Assembly (NCBI GenBank): GCA_965603825.1
Contig: CBFDEM010000027.1
Location: forward strand, 248,001-312,000
Source of the DNA: Blepharisma stoltei ATCC 30299
Taxonomy: Eukaryota; Protista; Ciliophora
DNA length: 64,000 bases
Reading direction: 5' to 3'
Within the stretch, counting starts at the first letter, position 1. Each line of letters starts with the position of its first letter. Shown here one piece after another: positions 38,112 to 51,827 of this stretch. The position numbers and the translations under genes are program-made. The notes under the pieces are model-generated. The model was given only the letters and a program-made list of their open reading frames with translations, did not search any database and was not told the DNA's origin.

Positions 38112-41100
38112 ATGTTTATTTATAAGAACATTCTGATTCTATTATTTTCCTTGGCTTATGGCTTGACTTCATACAAAATACCCAAAACTGGAACTCCTCC
38201 TGATGCAAGAAAGCATTCTGCAGCCGCTTATGATTCAACTCAAAATAGAATGATAATATTTTCAGGATCTTCATCTGAGCGAGAATATTATAATGATATA
38301 TGAAGCTTCGATTTCGGCAACTATCAATGATCACAGCTCATACCATCTACTTCCTTAACTCCTGACCCTCGTGTAAGTCCAGCAATATTTTATGACAAAA
38401 ATCTCAACCGACTTTTGATTTTCGGAGGAAAAACTTATGTTGGTTTAGCATCTGATATCTGAAGTTTTGATTTAGATTTTCTTATTGTGAGTCATATATA
38501 GTGAGAAAAAATAGATTTTTCTAGCTGCCGATTCCACCCAACATCAGCAATGGCATCAGTTTCATTTACTTGGAATAAAAAAACTCACTACGCAATTTAT
38601 GGAGGTAAATCTCCCGATTTGATGCAAACGAGGCTTTATATATTTGACTTTGAAAATGCAAATTGCACAATTATGCCAAATCAAGGAGATCTGCCAGTAC
38701 CTGGAGGTGAATCTCGAATGATATTTTATAAAGACTCACTTTTTGTATGAGGAGGATTAACCTATGATTTTAACTACGACCAAAGTCTATATGCTTATAA
38801 CTTGACAACTCAATCGTGATCAAAGCCAGCTATATCTGGCGACTTACCCACTGGAAGAATGATGTTTGACATTGCAGAATATTCAGACTGCCTCTATGTC
38901 TTTCCTGGGTTTAATAGCAATTTCAATTCAGGTGTTAATGATATTTGGAGAATAAAGCTATCTGATCTCACATCTTGAGAAAAGGTCCCATTTACAAAGG
39001 ACTCAAATACAGCTGTGAGAAGCGAAGCTACCAGCATTTTTGTAAATTCGACTCTGTACCAATTTAGCGGAGCACTCAATACAAATGATTTGATTTCTAT
39101 TGACTTGTCGCAACTCATGCCAAAATATGAAACAGTTACAGAAGATTGAGTTTCTCCTCCTGCAAGAATGAGATTTTCAATGGCAAGAGTAGAAAAATAT
39201 TTGATTGTGTTTGGAGGGATTGGGAGTAATGACGAATTGTAAGAGATATGCAGATTCAATGATATCTGGACTTTTGATACAGTAGAGGAAGTATGAGAAT
39301 CACTGGATCCTGCTGATAATCTTTCACCAAGATCTGGCCAGGCTACTACAGAGACTGGATTTGGAATGGTTGTTTTTGGAGGAGAAGACAGCTCAGGCTT
39401 GCTAAACGATTTCTATGTGTTTTCTCTAGCATCTGAGTCTTGACATGAAATTCCTAGCATTGGAAGCACTCCTAGTCCCAGAAAAGGAGCTTGCCTAAAG
39501 ACGTTGGAGCCTTTTATTATTTTATTTGGGGGAATAACAAAAAAAGGATTCTCCAATGATATTTGGGTATATAAACTATGGGAACTGTCTTGGGAAAATA
39601 TAACCCCTGCTGGAAGTTCTGTCCTACCTATGGCGTGGCATGAATGCTACATGTACTATGACGACGATTGACGTTTTTATGCTCTCTTTGGCAAACTTAG
39701 TGGTGATCTTCCTAATAAAAACATTTACAAGTTTAGTTTAGGCACAAAATCTTGGGAAACCACTCATACTTTCCAATATAATGACATATACACAAGTTTT
39801 AGTGAGCAATCAATGCAAGTCTTCAACACGTTTTTAATTTCAATTGGAGGAGAATTCGAGGATTATTATTCATGCAATTTCATTACACTGATAAATATCA
39901 CTAATTTTGAAACTGAAACCATAGAATACATGGAAGATTCTTTATTTTCTCACCAGTCATCCTATTTCATAGACAAACTCTATGTATATGGGGGCAGCTT
40001 ATCAATAAACTCAATTATGCCTGGTAGGCTTGTCTCAAGCATATTGTATAAGATTGCTTTTAACGATTCACGAATAAGATACCCCTGCAGCCCTGGATCA
40101 TACAAAGTAGGACCCGAATGCAAAATTTGCCCTGTTGGGACTTATTCAGAAAACTATGATGCTCCTGAGTGCGAAAAATGCCCTGTGGGGACTTATCTTG
40201 ATAGGCCTGGAGCTGCAAGTGCTAATTTATGCATTCCTTGCAAATATGGTAGCTACACTAACGTTACTGGAGCCGGATTATGCAAGCAATGTCCTGCAGG
40301 GATGGAATGTGAGATTGGAAGCACTTCTCCAAGTATAAAAATGTCTACCAATAATGAGTTCAATCATCAGCCAGAGTATTATGAAGGAGGGACAGAGACT
40401 GTCAACAAATGAGTACGCTTTATGGAAGTCCTGTTTTCTATATTAAGTGTGATTCTTGTTTTAATTGCAGTATCTAGTGGTAAGTTATCAAGCTGAGTTG
40501 CGAAAGCAGACATTTACGACGATAAGCATAATGAAGACAACCAACCTATGTATAAAAGAAAAACCTATATTGGGGGCCTTTTTTCCTTATTAACTACACT
40601 ATGAGCTTTCTTTATTGTGATCCAGTATATTTTGCAGCAATCCTATGATAATGTAATTGAAACAAAATCTTTAATTCCCCTTCTTCACCTTTACCAGCAA
40701 GCAGGGAAGTTTTCTGGAGATATTTCTGTATCTCTCAGCTTATACAATTATGGAGGCACTTGTGTGAAAAATGGAAGCTGCGCTGCAGGATTATCTTTGA
40801 CTTGGATGAACACCAATAGTGACCAAACCATAATGGAATGCGAATTTTTTGATAAAAATTGCATTGTTTCCACAACTTGCAAGAACTGCGAGATATCTAC
40901 AGATGCAAGCTTAGTTTTTAATTTCACAGAAAGCAGCAGCTATGGGAGCTTTTTTTTAGTAGAGGTGACCGCAGATTCAGCAATTCCTAACGAGCCGAGC
41001 TCTTATTCAGTATATGCTTATCCTCCAAAAGATAAAGTAATGATAGGGCAGAATCCTAATTATGTTAATTTTATTATGACTCCAAGTGTAATATTTATAT

Positions 41101-41543
41101 AGCTTTTTCTTTCAGATGTAAGCACTTGGAAAAACAATCAAACTGGATATCTGATCTCTCTTCAAAATACCAAGCTTGGGTCGAGTTGGACTGTAGACGA
41201 GATGGCATATTATAAATATGTAAGTATAGTCATTAATTTCCAAACTGATACTACAGGACTTCTAACTGCAAGAACAATCAATATGGATTTTATGTTATTT
41301 ATAAGTACTTTATTTGGGTCTATAAGTGGAATAGTAGATTTAGGCGGCTTTCTAATGGAGTTTTTTGAACAAAAGCTGAATGAGATTAAGGAAAAAAGAT
41401 CAACAAAAATAGAATTAAGCCATTTAGCACATAATGTAAGAAAATTCTTAGGAAATTTTTCTCGCCAGCCAAAATTTAAGAAATTAGCTAGCAAAAACTC
41501 CACTATCGAATTAGATAGTTTTAGCTATTCTAATATTTTCTAA
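38112..41543 (+). CDS. Kelch-repeat + Cys-rich (GCC2/GCC3-like) multi-pass membrane protein, copy 1 (4 exons)
   Basis: Signal peptide, many FGG..NDIW kelch repeats (many W=TGA), CxxCPxGTY repeats, 3 TM segments; introns at 38487, 39239, 41088. Confidence 0.85.
38487..38501 (+). other. 15-nt intron GTGAGTCATATATAG
   Basis: Position shared with paralog intron 42427. Confidence 0.9.
39239..39253 (+). other. 15-nt intron GTAAGAGATATGCAG
   Basis: Position shared with 43188; removes TAA. Confidence 0.9.
41088..41102 (+). other. 15-nt intron GTAATATTTATATAG
   Basis: Position shared with 45043; removes TAG. Confidence 0.9.
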
Positions 41544-42060
41544 ACTTTTTTTTCATGCAAAATTATTGAAAAATTAATTGTTCCAATAATTTTTTTTAAC
41601 TCATAGACTAGATATAAACTTCTTTAATTTCACAAAGCACCTATGTTAGTGATAATATAAGGTTTTCAGAGATTTTATTATTTGGAGAAAATTTTGTTAT
41701 TATTATTTATTATATTAAAATGTCTTCTTTCCGATTGAGTAATTTGATTCTCTCTCCTTTGACTTTAAAGCTAAATTTAAATATTAGCATTATTTATTGC
41801 ATTCTTAAATATTAAAGCTGAAATAATAGATATCTCTCTCAGAATCTACTAATCATAAGATTCAACCCAAGCTGAATCGGACAAATCAATCATTATTTGA
41901 ATAAAACAGAAAAACTTTACACAAAACACTCTTTAAATAAAAAATTATATACTGATTTGAAACAAAACTTTATATTAAAGCATATCTTATGTTCTTTAGC
42001 TCTTAAAATATAAAAAGTTTTAATTATCTCTAATTGTTTGCCATAGACCCAGATTAGAAA

Positions 42061-45000
42061 ATGCTTTTTTATCTCTGCTTATTATTTTACTTAGTCAGCG
42101 GTTTACACTCTGTTAAGATTCCAAAAACAGGATCACCTCCAAAAGCAAGAAAATACTCATCTGCAACTTATGATTCCCATGGAAATCGAATGATAATATT
42201 TGCTGGCTCATCAGACCAAAGGGAGTATTATAATGATATTTGAAGCTTTAATTTCGATACTTTGGAATGGTCAGAACTAAACCCATCAACTCCTACATCT
42301 CCATCTCCTCGCGTGAGCCCTGCTATTTTCTACGACGAAAATGAAAATCGAATTATTGTATTTGGAGGAAAAACTTATTTAGGAATTGCTTCAGAAATTT
42401 GGAGTTTCAATTTAGATTTTTTTATCGTAAAATTAATTTAGTGAGAACAATTATCTTTTAGCGGCTCAAAATTTTATCCAACTACGTTTGCTGCTTCTTG
42501 CTCACTTATATGGAATAATAAAAAATATCATTCAATATTTGGAGGAGAAACGACAGATTCTGTTTATAATCGACTTTATTTGTAAATAACATTCAGGCTT
42601 GATCTTCAAAATACAAGTATTTCATTAATGCCTAATAATGGAAATTCTCCAAATCTAATGCAGTGTGAGATGGCATGCGAAAAGGATTCTATTTATGTGT
42701 GGGGCGGTATAAGCGCAAACTTTGTTTATAATACAAACTTATACGCTTATAATTTAACGTCCCAATGGTGAACTAAGGTTGATATCAGCGGAAATGTGCC
42801 TCTTGGACGAATATTTCACAGTGTAAAAATTTACTCTGGCTTCTTTTATGTCTTGCCTGGATTCAATTATAACACTGATGGAGATCAGGTGAACATTTGA
42901 AGAATAAACTTAACAAGCGTAAACAACTGAGAATCTGTAGCTTTCACTAATTCTTCAACATCTGGACGAAGCTCAGCAGCAAGCATTTTTGTTAATTCAA
43001 GCTTATATCAATTCAGTGGATCAACAGTAACAAATGACTTGATTTTGATGGATCTCTCTTTGCCAGTCCCGTATTTTGAAACCATTTCTAGCCAATGAAC
43101 ATCTCCTCCTCCAAGAATGAGATTCTCAATGGTTTCGATTGAAAGCTATTTAATTGTTTTCGGGGGGATGGGAGGAAACGATGAATTGTAATTTTCAATT
43201 AGATTGAACGACTTATGAATTTTCGATATTGAAAAAGAGCTCTGAAGTTCTCTTGAAACCGCTGTTGTGCCTTCTGCAAGATCAGGACAGGCCACAGCTC
43301 AGAGTGCCTTTGGGATGACTGTCTTTGGAGGAGAAGATAGCACTGGTTTGCTTAATGACATGTATATTTTTTCATTTAAGTCGCAAAGATGAAGCCTTAT
43401 CCCAAGCACTGATAATAATGTTCCAAGTCCCAGAAAAGGTGCTTGCATGTATGTTATCGATCGTTATGCAGTTCTGTTCGGGGGAATTTCCAATAGCGGC
43501 TATGTAAATGATATATGGCGCTTTGATATATACGATTTATCTTGGACTGATCTATCTCCTTATGATAGTTCGGTACCCGCTATGGCATGGCATCAGTGCC
43601 TCATAAAATATGATGGTGCATCATTTAATTACTATGCTTTCTTTGGACAAATTGCAGGAGCATTTCCAAATAAGTCAATTTACGGTTTCAATTTAGACAC
43701 TAAATCTTGAGCACTTTTTAAAGATTTCAAAGCAAATGAATTTGGGTTGGCTCCTAGTGAAGCAACAGTAGCTGTGCTTCCTGACTACATGGTGATAATT
43801 GGTGGTGAATTTAGTGATTTTTATGTGTCTTCCTCAATCTCTACATTATCTATAAAAAATTTCACAATTTTATCAGTAGAGTATATGGATATTCCCTTAT
43901 TTTCTCACCAATCTGCTTATTTTGCTGACAAATTATATATTTTTGGAGGAAGTCTTTCTATTAATACTCTCCTTGCTGGAAAATTGACATCAGGAACACT
44001 ATTTAAAATGTCGTTTGAAAACTCCCTAATTCGCTACCCATGCAGCAAAGGTTCTTATCTTAATAATTCTCAATGCTTAATATGCCAGCCTGGAAGCTAC
44101 TCAGAAGAATTTGATTCCACTGAGTGCACAAAATGCCCAAAGGGAACGTTTTTAGACGATTCTGGAGGTCAAGCCGCTTCCCTTTGCATTCCTTGCAGAT
44201 ATGGAAGCTACTCAGACGAACTTGGCACTGAGTTGTGTAAAAACTGCCCTGCTGGAATGCAGTGCGATGTAGGGAGTACAGAGCCTATGGAGCAAATGTA
44301 TTTGCCTTCAGAGTTTTCGAATCAGCCAAAACAATATGAAGGAGATGTGAGAGTGGTAAATTATTGGTCTTTGATACTTGAGATCATTATATCTGTGCTA
44401 ATTTTTTTGATAGTTTTTCTAGCCTTCTTTAGCAAAAAATTTTGAGATTGAGTTGCTAGGGTTGATATATTTGATACTCAGCATAATAAAGATAACGAAC
44501 CAATGATAAAGAGAAAAACGTCTGTTGGAGGACTATTTTCACTAATGGCTTTGCTATGAGCTGGATTTTTGGTCGTTTTGACAACTTTACAAATATTTTA
44601 TGATAATATTACCGAAACAAAGGCCCTTATTCCTTATCTATTCTTAGCGCAAGAAGCTGGAAAACTTTCTGCAGATATAAAAGTTGTGGTGAGCTTATAT
44701 AATTATGGTGGAAATTGTACTGTAAATGACAGTTGCGCGAATGGAATCAGCTTATCTTGGACGGATACAGCTCATGATGACGTTACTTTGAATTGCTATT
44801 TCACCGATAAAGTTTGCTATGTGTTTTCTGAATGCAAATCATGCGTTTTATCATCAAGTTCAAGTCTAACCCTCAGTTTATATGAAACTAACAGCTATGC
44901 AAGCTATTTTTCAGTGAACGTTACTTCAGATTCTTCAATACCTGGCGAGTCTAGCTCTTATGCAACTTACATACATCCTCCTGAAGGTACTATTTTTATT

Positions 45001-45492
45001 GGACCTCAGGCTACATCTGTGGATTTTATAATGACTCCTTGTGTAATTTTTATATAGTTATTCCTTGCTCAGTCTTCAGATAAAAACAACCAAACAGGAA
45101 ATTTGGTGTCTTTTGATAAATATGTGCTTGGGTCAACTGGAACAGTAGAGTCAATGACATATAATAGGTATTTTGAAATTCTCGTCAATTTCAATGTAGA
45201 TATATCTGGATTGCTAATAGTAAGAACACTCAACATGGATTTTCTTCTATTTTGAAGCAGCGTTTTTGGATCAGTTGGAGGAATAATTGAGGTTGCGGGA
45301 CATTTTATGGAGCACTTTGAAGAGGGATACAATGATAGAAAGGAAAAAAAGCAGCTTAAGGAGGAAAGGGAAAAAAGAATTTATGAAGTTGAAAAATTTA
45401 AATCGATTTTTCATAGTTTTGCCGATATCAAAGGGCAATCCAAGCAATCAACATTTGATCTTGAAAATGCGTCGGAAGCAGACCCGTTTTAA
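42061..45492 (+). CDS. Kelch-repeat + Cys-rich membrane protein, tandem copy 2 (5 exons)
   Basis: Collinear with copy 1 (KIPKTG.PP.ARK, REYYNDIW, LFSHQS.YF.DKLY); introns at 42427, 42582, 43188, 45043. Confidence 0.85.
42427..42441 (+). other. 15-nt intron GTAAAATTAATTTAG
   Basis: Consensus, removes TAG. Confidence 0.9.
42582..42596 (+). other. 15-nt intron GTAAATAACATTCAG (copy-2 specific)
   Basis: Removes TAA; gives RLYLLDL vs RLYIFDF in copy 1. Confidence 0.88.
43188..43202 (+). other. 15-nt intron GTAATTTTCAATTAG
   Basis: Consensus, removes TAA. Confidence 0.9.
45043..45057 (+). other. 15-nt intron GTAATTTTTATATAG
   Basis: Consensus, removes TAG. Confidence 0.9.
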
Positions 45493-45777
45493 ATTCCTTT
45501 GTGGAAAAACACGCATTGCAAACTTCTGTCTATTGCATAATTAGATTAAATATGTATATGAATTATTATGCCAGAATAAAAAGTTTGGTACTTATTTTAA
45601 AATTAACTCAGCAAGTCTTTGCATGGATTGATGAGTTATTTGCATAGAAAATTGTGCTAATTTTTTTTTTAAAATAGCCTATTAGTCTTTTTCAAAGCTT
45701 ATTTATAAAATATAAAATTTAAAATCAAATCTAAAGCAAGCAAACTCCACATTCCAACAGCATTGGAGTGTCCAAAG

Positions 45778-47325
45778 ATGCCTACAAGTATCTTGAAGAA
45801 ATTTGATAATAATTATGAGCTAAGCCTTGGTCCTGGCTCATATAGATCAGCCACACCAACTCCAGGCCCTGCATATCAATTTGACACATCCCCTAGATTG
45901 GCAAGTCCAATCGAGCACCAACTTAGCTCTGTCTTGATTAGATATAGTGGAAGCAAACAAAAATTTGCTAATAGAGATATTTCAGCACGTGATATTTCTT
46001 TGCATACACGTAAGAAAAAGAATGATTTGCTCAAAGAAAAATCTCAACAAAGATTAATTGATGCAGCTCTGACAAAAAAAACAAAAGAGTTTATTCAAAT
46101 AGCTAAGCATGAAAATCTTGTAAAAAGTCTTGAAGAAAAATATGCTAAATATGAATTCAGGAGAAATAGAAAAGAAATCTTACAGATCAAACAAAACTGA
46201 GGAATTCTATTTATAATTATAGCATCTTCATGATCGTGAAGACAGCAATTTAATAAGCACAAAAGGTTCAAAGAGAAAGTCAATTTCTTAGGAAAGTGGT
46301 TTACAATAATGTGTTTGATAATTGGGAAGATTAGGCTTAGATGCAAAATGATTAAAAATAGGGAAGCTTGGAATGCCCTAAGAAGTAAAATGACTCGATA
46401 TATAAGAAACTGAAAGTTGAATCGAAAAAATAAGCAGTCACAGATTATGGTGAACTTTCTTGATTGATCTCTGAGCCATGCACAAGCATATCAGATAATT
46501 AAACGATTTAGGAAAAAAATAATTTTAATCCAAAAAAGTCTCAAATCAATGAAGCTAATTCATAAAGCAAGAATTGATACCCTAATGCTACTGTGATCTA
46601 AAACAGAGCCACAGATAGAGATCGATCCTAAGAAAAAGCAAAATATCAACAATCAATTTGTTCCTGAAAAAATAAAGCTTCACTACTTGAAACCCTATCT
46701 ATTAAAAAAGTTAAAAGAATTTTCAAAAGAAATTAGCCAACATTTTAGAATGATAAAATCAAGAGAAATTGAATTATCCATGCAAAAGCATATGTACGAA
46801 ATTGAAAGGGCTGTGACTGGTAAGAAATTTAACATAAGAAATCTTCTGCCTAAAAGACCTAGGTTTATTTTATACACTTGTAAAATCGAATTAAAAGATG
46901 TTATCAAAAATGCACTGAAAGATAAGGACGATTGAAGTACCATTTTGGGTACGAAAGTTAATGACACTAAAAGTTTATTGGCTAAACAGTTTTCAATTGC
47001 ATCAGCAGAATCTCACAAAGTGAGAAAAAGGAGTAGAAAAAAGAAAAAGATCGTTTTTGAAGATATTGAAATAGCAACGAGAAGTCGAAGCCGAACTATT
47101 CGAAATAATAGGCCAAATCAGATTTTGCCAGCACCATCTAAAGCTTTATTTTCCAGATATGAAGTAAAGAATGCTATTATCGAAGAATCTGACCCTAGCT
47201 TCCAAAATTTGAGAGGGCAGCCAACAGAAGCGAGCTTTAAAGAGAGTAAAATGGATATTGAAGAAGATGAAGATTTTGATTTTAATACTATTAGAGTCAG
47301 ACAGAGATCAAGAACCAGAAGATAA
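45778..47325 (+). CDS. Basic hypothetical protein with N-terminal PGP(G/A)xY (SHIPPO-like) motifs
   Basis: LGPGSY, TPGPAY; continuous frame via seven TGA=Trp. Confidence 0.75.
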
Positions 47326-47957
47326 ATATACTAAATATTATCTGTTTTAGTTTATCTTTCTCTAATTTTTTATAACTAACTTAAACTTAAAATTTCAAAT
47401 AACTCAAAAATTTGTTTTAAGACAGCCTTATGATATTTTATGATGGCTCAATTAAATAGCTTTGTATATAAAACACTTTCATTGACCCTTACGGCCTCAT
47501 CATTTGAGTGTATGCTGTGTAAATGCAGGGTGATTTATGAATTTTAGGAAAAGAAGCTGCATTTAAAGGATTTAAAAATTACATTTGAATGAACTAGATA
47601 GATTGCATTTGGATCAATATGATTATGACATTAATGAACTACAAGTTGGATTAGTATAATTGGAAACTATTTGCAGAGCCAAATGCCACTTTTTATCCTT
47701 ATCAAGTGCATTTTCAGCTAATAAGAGAAAGGTAATGCATATCATTCAAAACATTATAGTTTCTAACAGCTCAGATATTAGATGTTTATATATTCTGAAG
47801 TGTAATTATAAGAATCAAAGCGTTATGAATAAGTTATAAGTTAACTATAAAGTTATTAAATCCCAAAATTTCAGTTCGAAAAAATGAGCAATTAATTCTA
47901 AATTTATAAGCCAATTATATATTTATTAAATTTAGCTATGCCCTCTCAAATTATAAG

Positions 47958-49000
47958 ATGGAGCTCAAAGCTCAGAATTCACTCAAATTGCTTCATTCTA
48001 GTTTATTTCAGATCTAGAAAAGAATAAAGGAGGATTCGTTCAATATCATTTTAATAAAGTTCTTGACAATCGATTATTGGATCCTCAAGACTTAAAAGCA
48101 AAATCATCTGCGATTTTAAGAAGCATTAGCAGTCCTGAAATAGAGCGAGATTACAGAAGAACTTGCTCATTATATGAAAAACAGAGTTCTGCTTTTGCTC
48201 TGAATCTCCAAGAAGCTTTTAAAGAATATTTAAATGCTTATCACCAAGCTGTATCTCTATATTTAATTAGAGAAGTCAACAAGAAAGCTAATTTATTTAT
48301 TTATGACACTGAAAGTAAAAAAGAGATAAGAAAACCTTTGAAGTTTTCTAAGAAAGTCGATAACACCACATGCATAGCTCGACTTCCAAATGGTAAGCTA
48401 TTCTGTTTTGGTAGAAGATAGCCTTCTGGGATTGCTTTTATAATTTCTGACAATTTCAGTGTTAGAGAACTACCACCTGGAACACCATGCTACTTATCAT
48501 CAGCTATATTTCAACAAGTCTGTTTATTGTTTTGGAGGATTAGCTAAAGGAAATGTATTTTTATTTTTGTCAGAAAAGTTTGACTTGGATAAAAATCAAT
48601 GATTTAAATTACCCCCATTGATGCAGCATGATTACTGCTGCCATTGTGTAGTATTTAAGAGGAACATTTTGATAGCTGGGATACAGAAGAATCTTATGCT
48701 ATTTTCAGTTGACCTAGACTCTTTCTCTAAAATTCCATACGAATTTAGCTTAGTCAGAAAGATTTTATAAATGCAGAAAGATTGTATATAATTGAGTGTG
48801 AAATGGGATTTATATATGAAAGCGAGACAGAAGATGTATATGTTTGGAAAAAAATCGCAAAATCAGGATTACGCCATTATTCTCTTCAAGTTTCATGCTC
48901 ATATAATAAAGGAGGAATTTACATAGGGTGCGTTCAAAATCCTAGATACAATTACTGAAAATTTAGCTTAGATGTAAAAAAAGTAGATGAACTATTATAG
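47958..49000 (+). pseudogene. Degraded paralog of the kelch-like gene at 50629-51690
   Basis: Same ATGGAGCTCAAA start, ARLPNG and GTPCYLSSA; in-frame TAG near 48015 and at 48419; frameshifts near 48508 and 48767. Confidence 0.82.
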
Positions 49001-49275
49001 CTTGCAAATTTCTATAAAATAAATTCGATAATAATAAAACTTTTCCCACTAATCACCATTCAAAGCTTAAAATTTAGATTTCTTTAAATAGAGGAAGCTT
49101 TCAATTTTATTTTCCCTAAGTTTTATCTGTGTTCAGATTTTATCATTGGCAATATTTATGCATAAATTTTTATTAATTTATAATTTATATACAGAATTAT
49201 CAATAGCGTTTTCTATAAATTAGCGTGAATGGTATAAATAATGAGATTAAACATTAATATAGGCTATTCAGAGAT

Positions 49276-50283
49276 TTATATAAGTTTCATATAATTTTCA
49301 ATTGAAGTCAGTGTTTCATCTTGATTTCTAATATAGAAATAAATATTTGGTATTATAGGAATAAATCTATTGGATTTTAATCTTGAAGGATAACGAACTA
49401 TATTTGTCATATTTGTCAAATTCAATGAGTCAACTAATTCTTTAAGATCTGCAAAATAGTTTATATCCTTGAATTTTTGGAGTAAATTCTCTTTGTTATT
49501 TTGTCTTCATTTAGTGATCCCTTTTGCCAATTCATAATGATAAGTAAACCTGAGCCCATCATCGCTGACCCAAAAATTAAAATCGATAATTCTCGGATTA
49601 ACAAAGTATTTCTCTTCTATTTCACTTACAAGTATTCTTTTAAAATCCGAATTAAATTTAATGCAATTGAGACACAATGGCTTTTTAATGTACTTGCACC
49701 ATATAAGCTCAGATTTTATGGTTTTAAGGGTCTTGCATCCAAAGCATGTTCTTTTTCAAGTTTCTTGGTATTTTTTAATTCAGCTTGATTTCGTTAGTTT
49801 AGTATTTCCATATTCGACCAAATAAAAATGGTACCATAATTCTTCACTATTTGCAGAATCATAAATGGCTTTAGAAATGATAGCCAATTTTAAAACTTCG
49901 TCAGTTGGATGTAGAAATTTAAAAATTTCTATTCAGGCTCGCTTTAATCTGAAAACTCCTGAAGTAAACTTTTTTTTGATATCGTAGTCAATATCATGAG
50001 GGCGTTTAATTGGCAAATTGCCTAAATTTCTTGGAAATAAATAATTTTCTAAAAGTTGTAAATCTCAATTATTAAGATAAATATCAAAATCACTGATTTG
50101 CAATACATTATTTGATTTATACGAAAAGCAACTGAGGTGAAAGAATTCTCTTGGAGAAATTATGATAATTTCGAGTCTTCTAATAATTCCATTGCAAGCA
50201 TTGCATATACTTTCAAATTCGGGAGCGTATCCAATCCAGGGTTTATTTGTGACACTCTGCGTATTAGTCAGAAAAGAGCCCAT
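49276..50283 (-). CDS. PARP-type zinc finger + F-box-like + Cys-rich protein (335 aa)
   Basis: Continuous frame with five TGA=Trp; YA....CNAC...I...FHLSCF; IEIFKFL..LKLAIISK..ANSEELW; CFGC..C..CLNC. Confidence 0.78.
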
Positions 50284-50628
50284 TAATAAATTTATATGGT
50301 GGGAAATTTTAATAATACTGTAGGTGGTTTATTATCTGAAATAAATATGTTTTTAGAGCAATCTATGCAGAACTGTTCGGATAACCCATAATAGAAACTG
50401 ACTTAAATAAATATTTAATAAATAGGACATCATCTAAATCAAGGCAACTTATCCCTAGAAATTAATCTTTTTATTTATATTGGTTTATTGAATAGAATGA
50501 AATCTTTATTGTAATTAAAATTTTCAAATCTTGATGCAAACTATATATATTTATTCCTCTTATAGCAAAGACTATTTTTCTGCAGTAAATTAGAAATATA
50601 TAAAGAACATCGTTTTTATAATTTATAT

Positions 50629-51690
50629 ATGGAGCTCAAAACTCAAAAACAGCTTAAATTACTTAATTCTCAACTCAATATTTTAGCAGTAGAAGATTTG
50701 ATATATGAAGCAAGTCAAACTCTTCCAGAACTTCAAGACCTTGATTCACAATTATTTAATTGCCAATACCTCAAAGCTAAAACATCTGAGATTTGAAAAA
50801 GAGTCAATAGCCCAGAATTAGAGCTGGATTTTAGACGAACTTGCTCGCTATTTGAAAGCCAAAACTATAATTCTGATCCATTTCTAGCTCAAGCTTATAA
50901 AGAATATATTGAGGCTTATTATCAAGCCACATCCCTTTATCTTTTTAACTATGAGAAATGAGATTTCGAAACCAATGCGTTTATTTATAACACTAAAAGT
51001 GAAAGAGAAATTAGGACAATATTTAAAAAAGAAAGACTAATAAACTGAGGCACAAGCACTGCTCGGCTTCCTAATGGCGGAATATTCTGTTTTGGTAAGC
51101 ATGAGCCAACTAGAGGAATTACGATGATAGTTGATAGTGATTTGAGGTTTCAAGTGTTGCCATCTGGAACACCTTGCTACTTATCTTCAGCTGTATACTT
51201 CGACAGGTCTGTCTACTGCTTTGGTGGAATGTACTACAACAAACCCTTGACTTTATCTTGCAGATTTGATTTAGATGAGAATCGATGAATTAAATTAAAT
51301 CCGATGCCAAAAGCTGATTGGCTTACACACAGTGTAGTATTTAAAGGGAACATTCTAATTTCTGGAAAAGAGAATAAAAATCTATTATTGTATTCCATGA
51401 AAATCAACTCTTTCACAACAATTCCTTATGAATTTCCGATAGATAAAAGAAAGATCTTAATAAATATAGGTAGATTGTATTTGATTGAATGTTTCGGCGG
51501 ACTGATATTTGAAAGTGAAATTGGAGATGAGTATACTTGGAAACAAATAGCCACCTCAATAATCAGCCAATATTCTAATCAATTCTATTTCTCATATAAC
51601 AAAGGAGCAATATATATTGGAATTCTAGAAGACAAAGGTACTAATTATTATAAATTTAACTTAAATGAAAAAATCATGATTAAACTTTAA
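50629..51690 (+). CDS. Kelch-like beta-propeller protein (353 aa)
   Basis: Intact frame via four TGA; VYCFGG, DENRWIKLNPMP, ILISG. Confidence 0.82.
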
Positions 51691-51827
51691 CAATTCTTAG
51701 CTTGCTTGTAAATAAAATTAATAATTTTCATTATTTATAATAAAATTTTTATATTAAGAAAAATAGCTGCCTATTCTATGATCATATAACGTTTTAATAA
51801 TTATTTTTTGGAATTTGTGTAAATTTA

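Noticed and set aside
48001-48017. 17-nt GT..AG segment rescuing the kelch pseudogene
   Set aside because: Atypical length and 5' site, absent in the paralog, and later TAG/frameshifts remain
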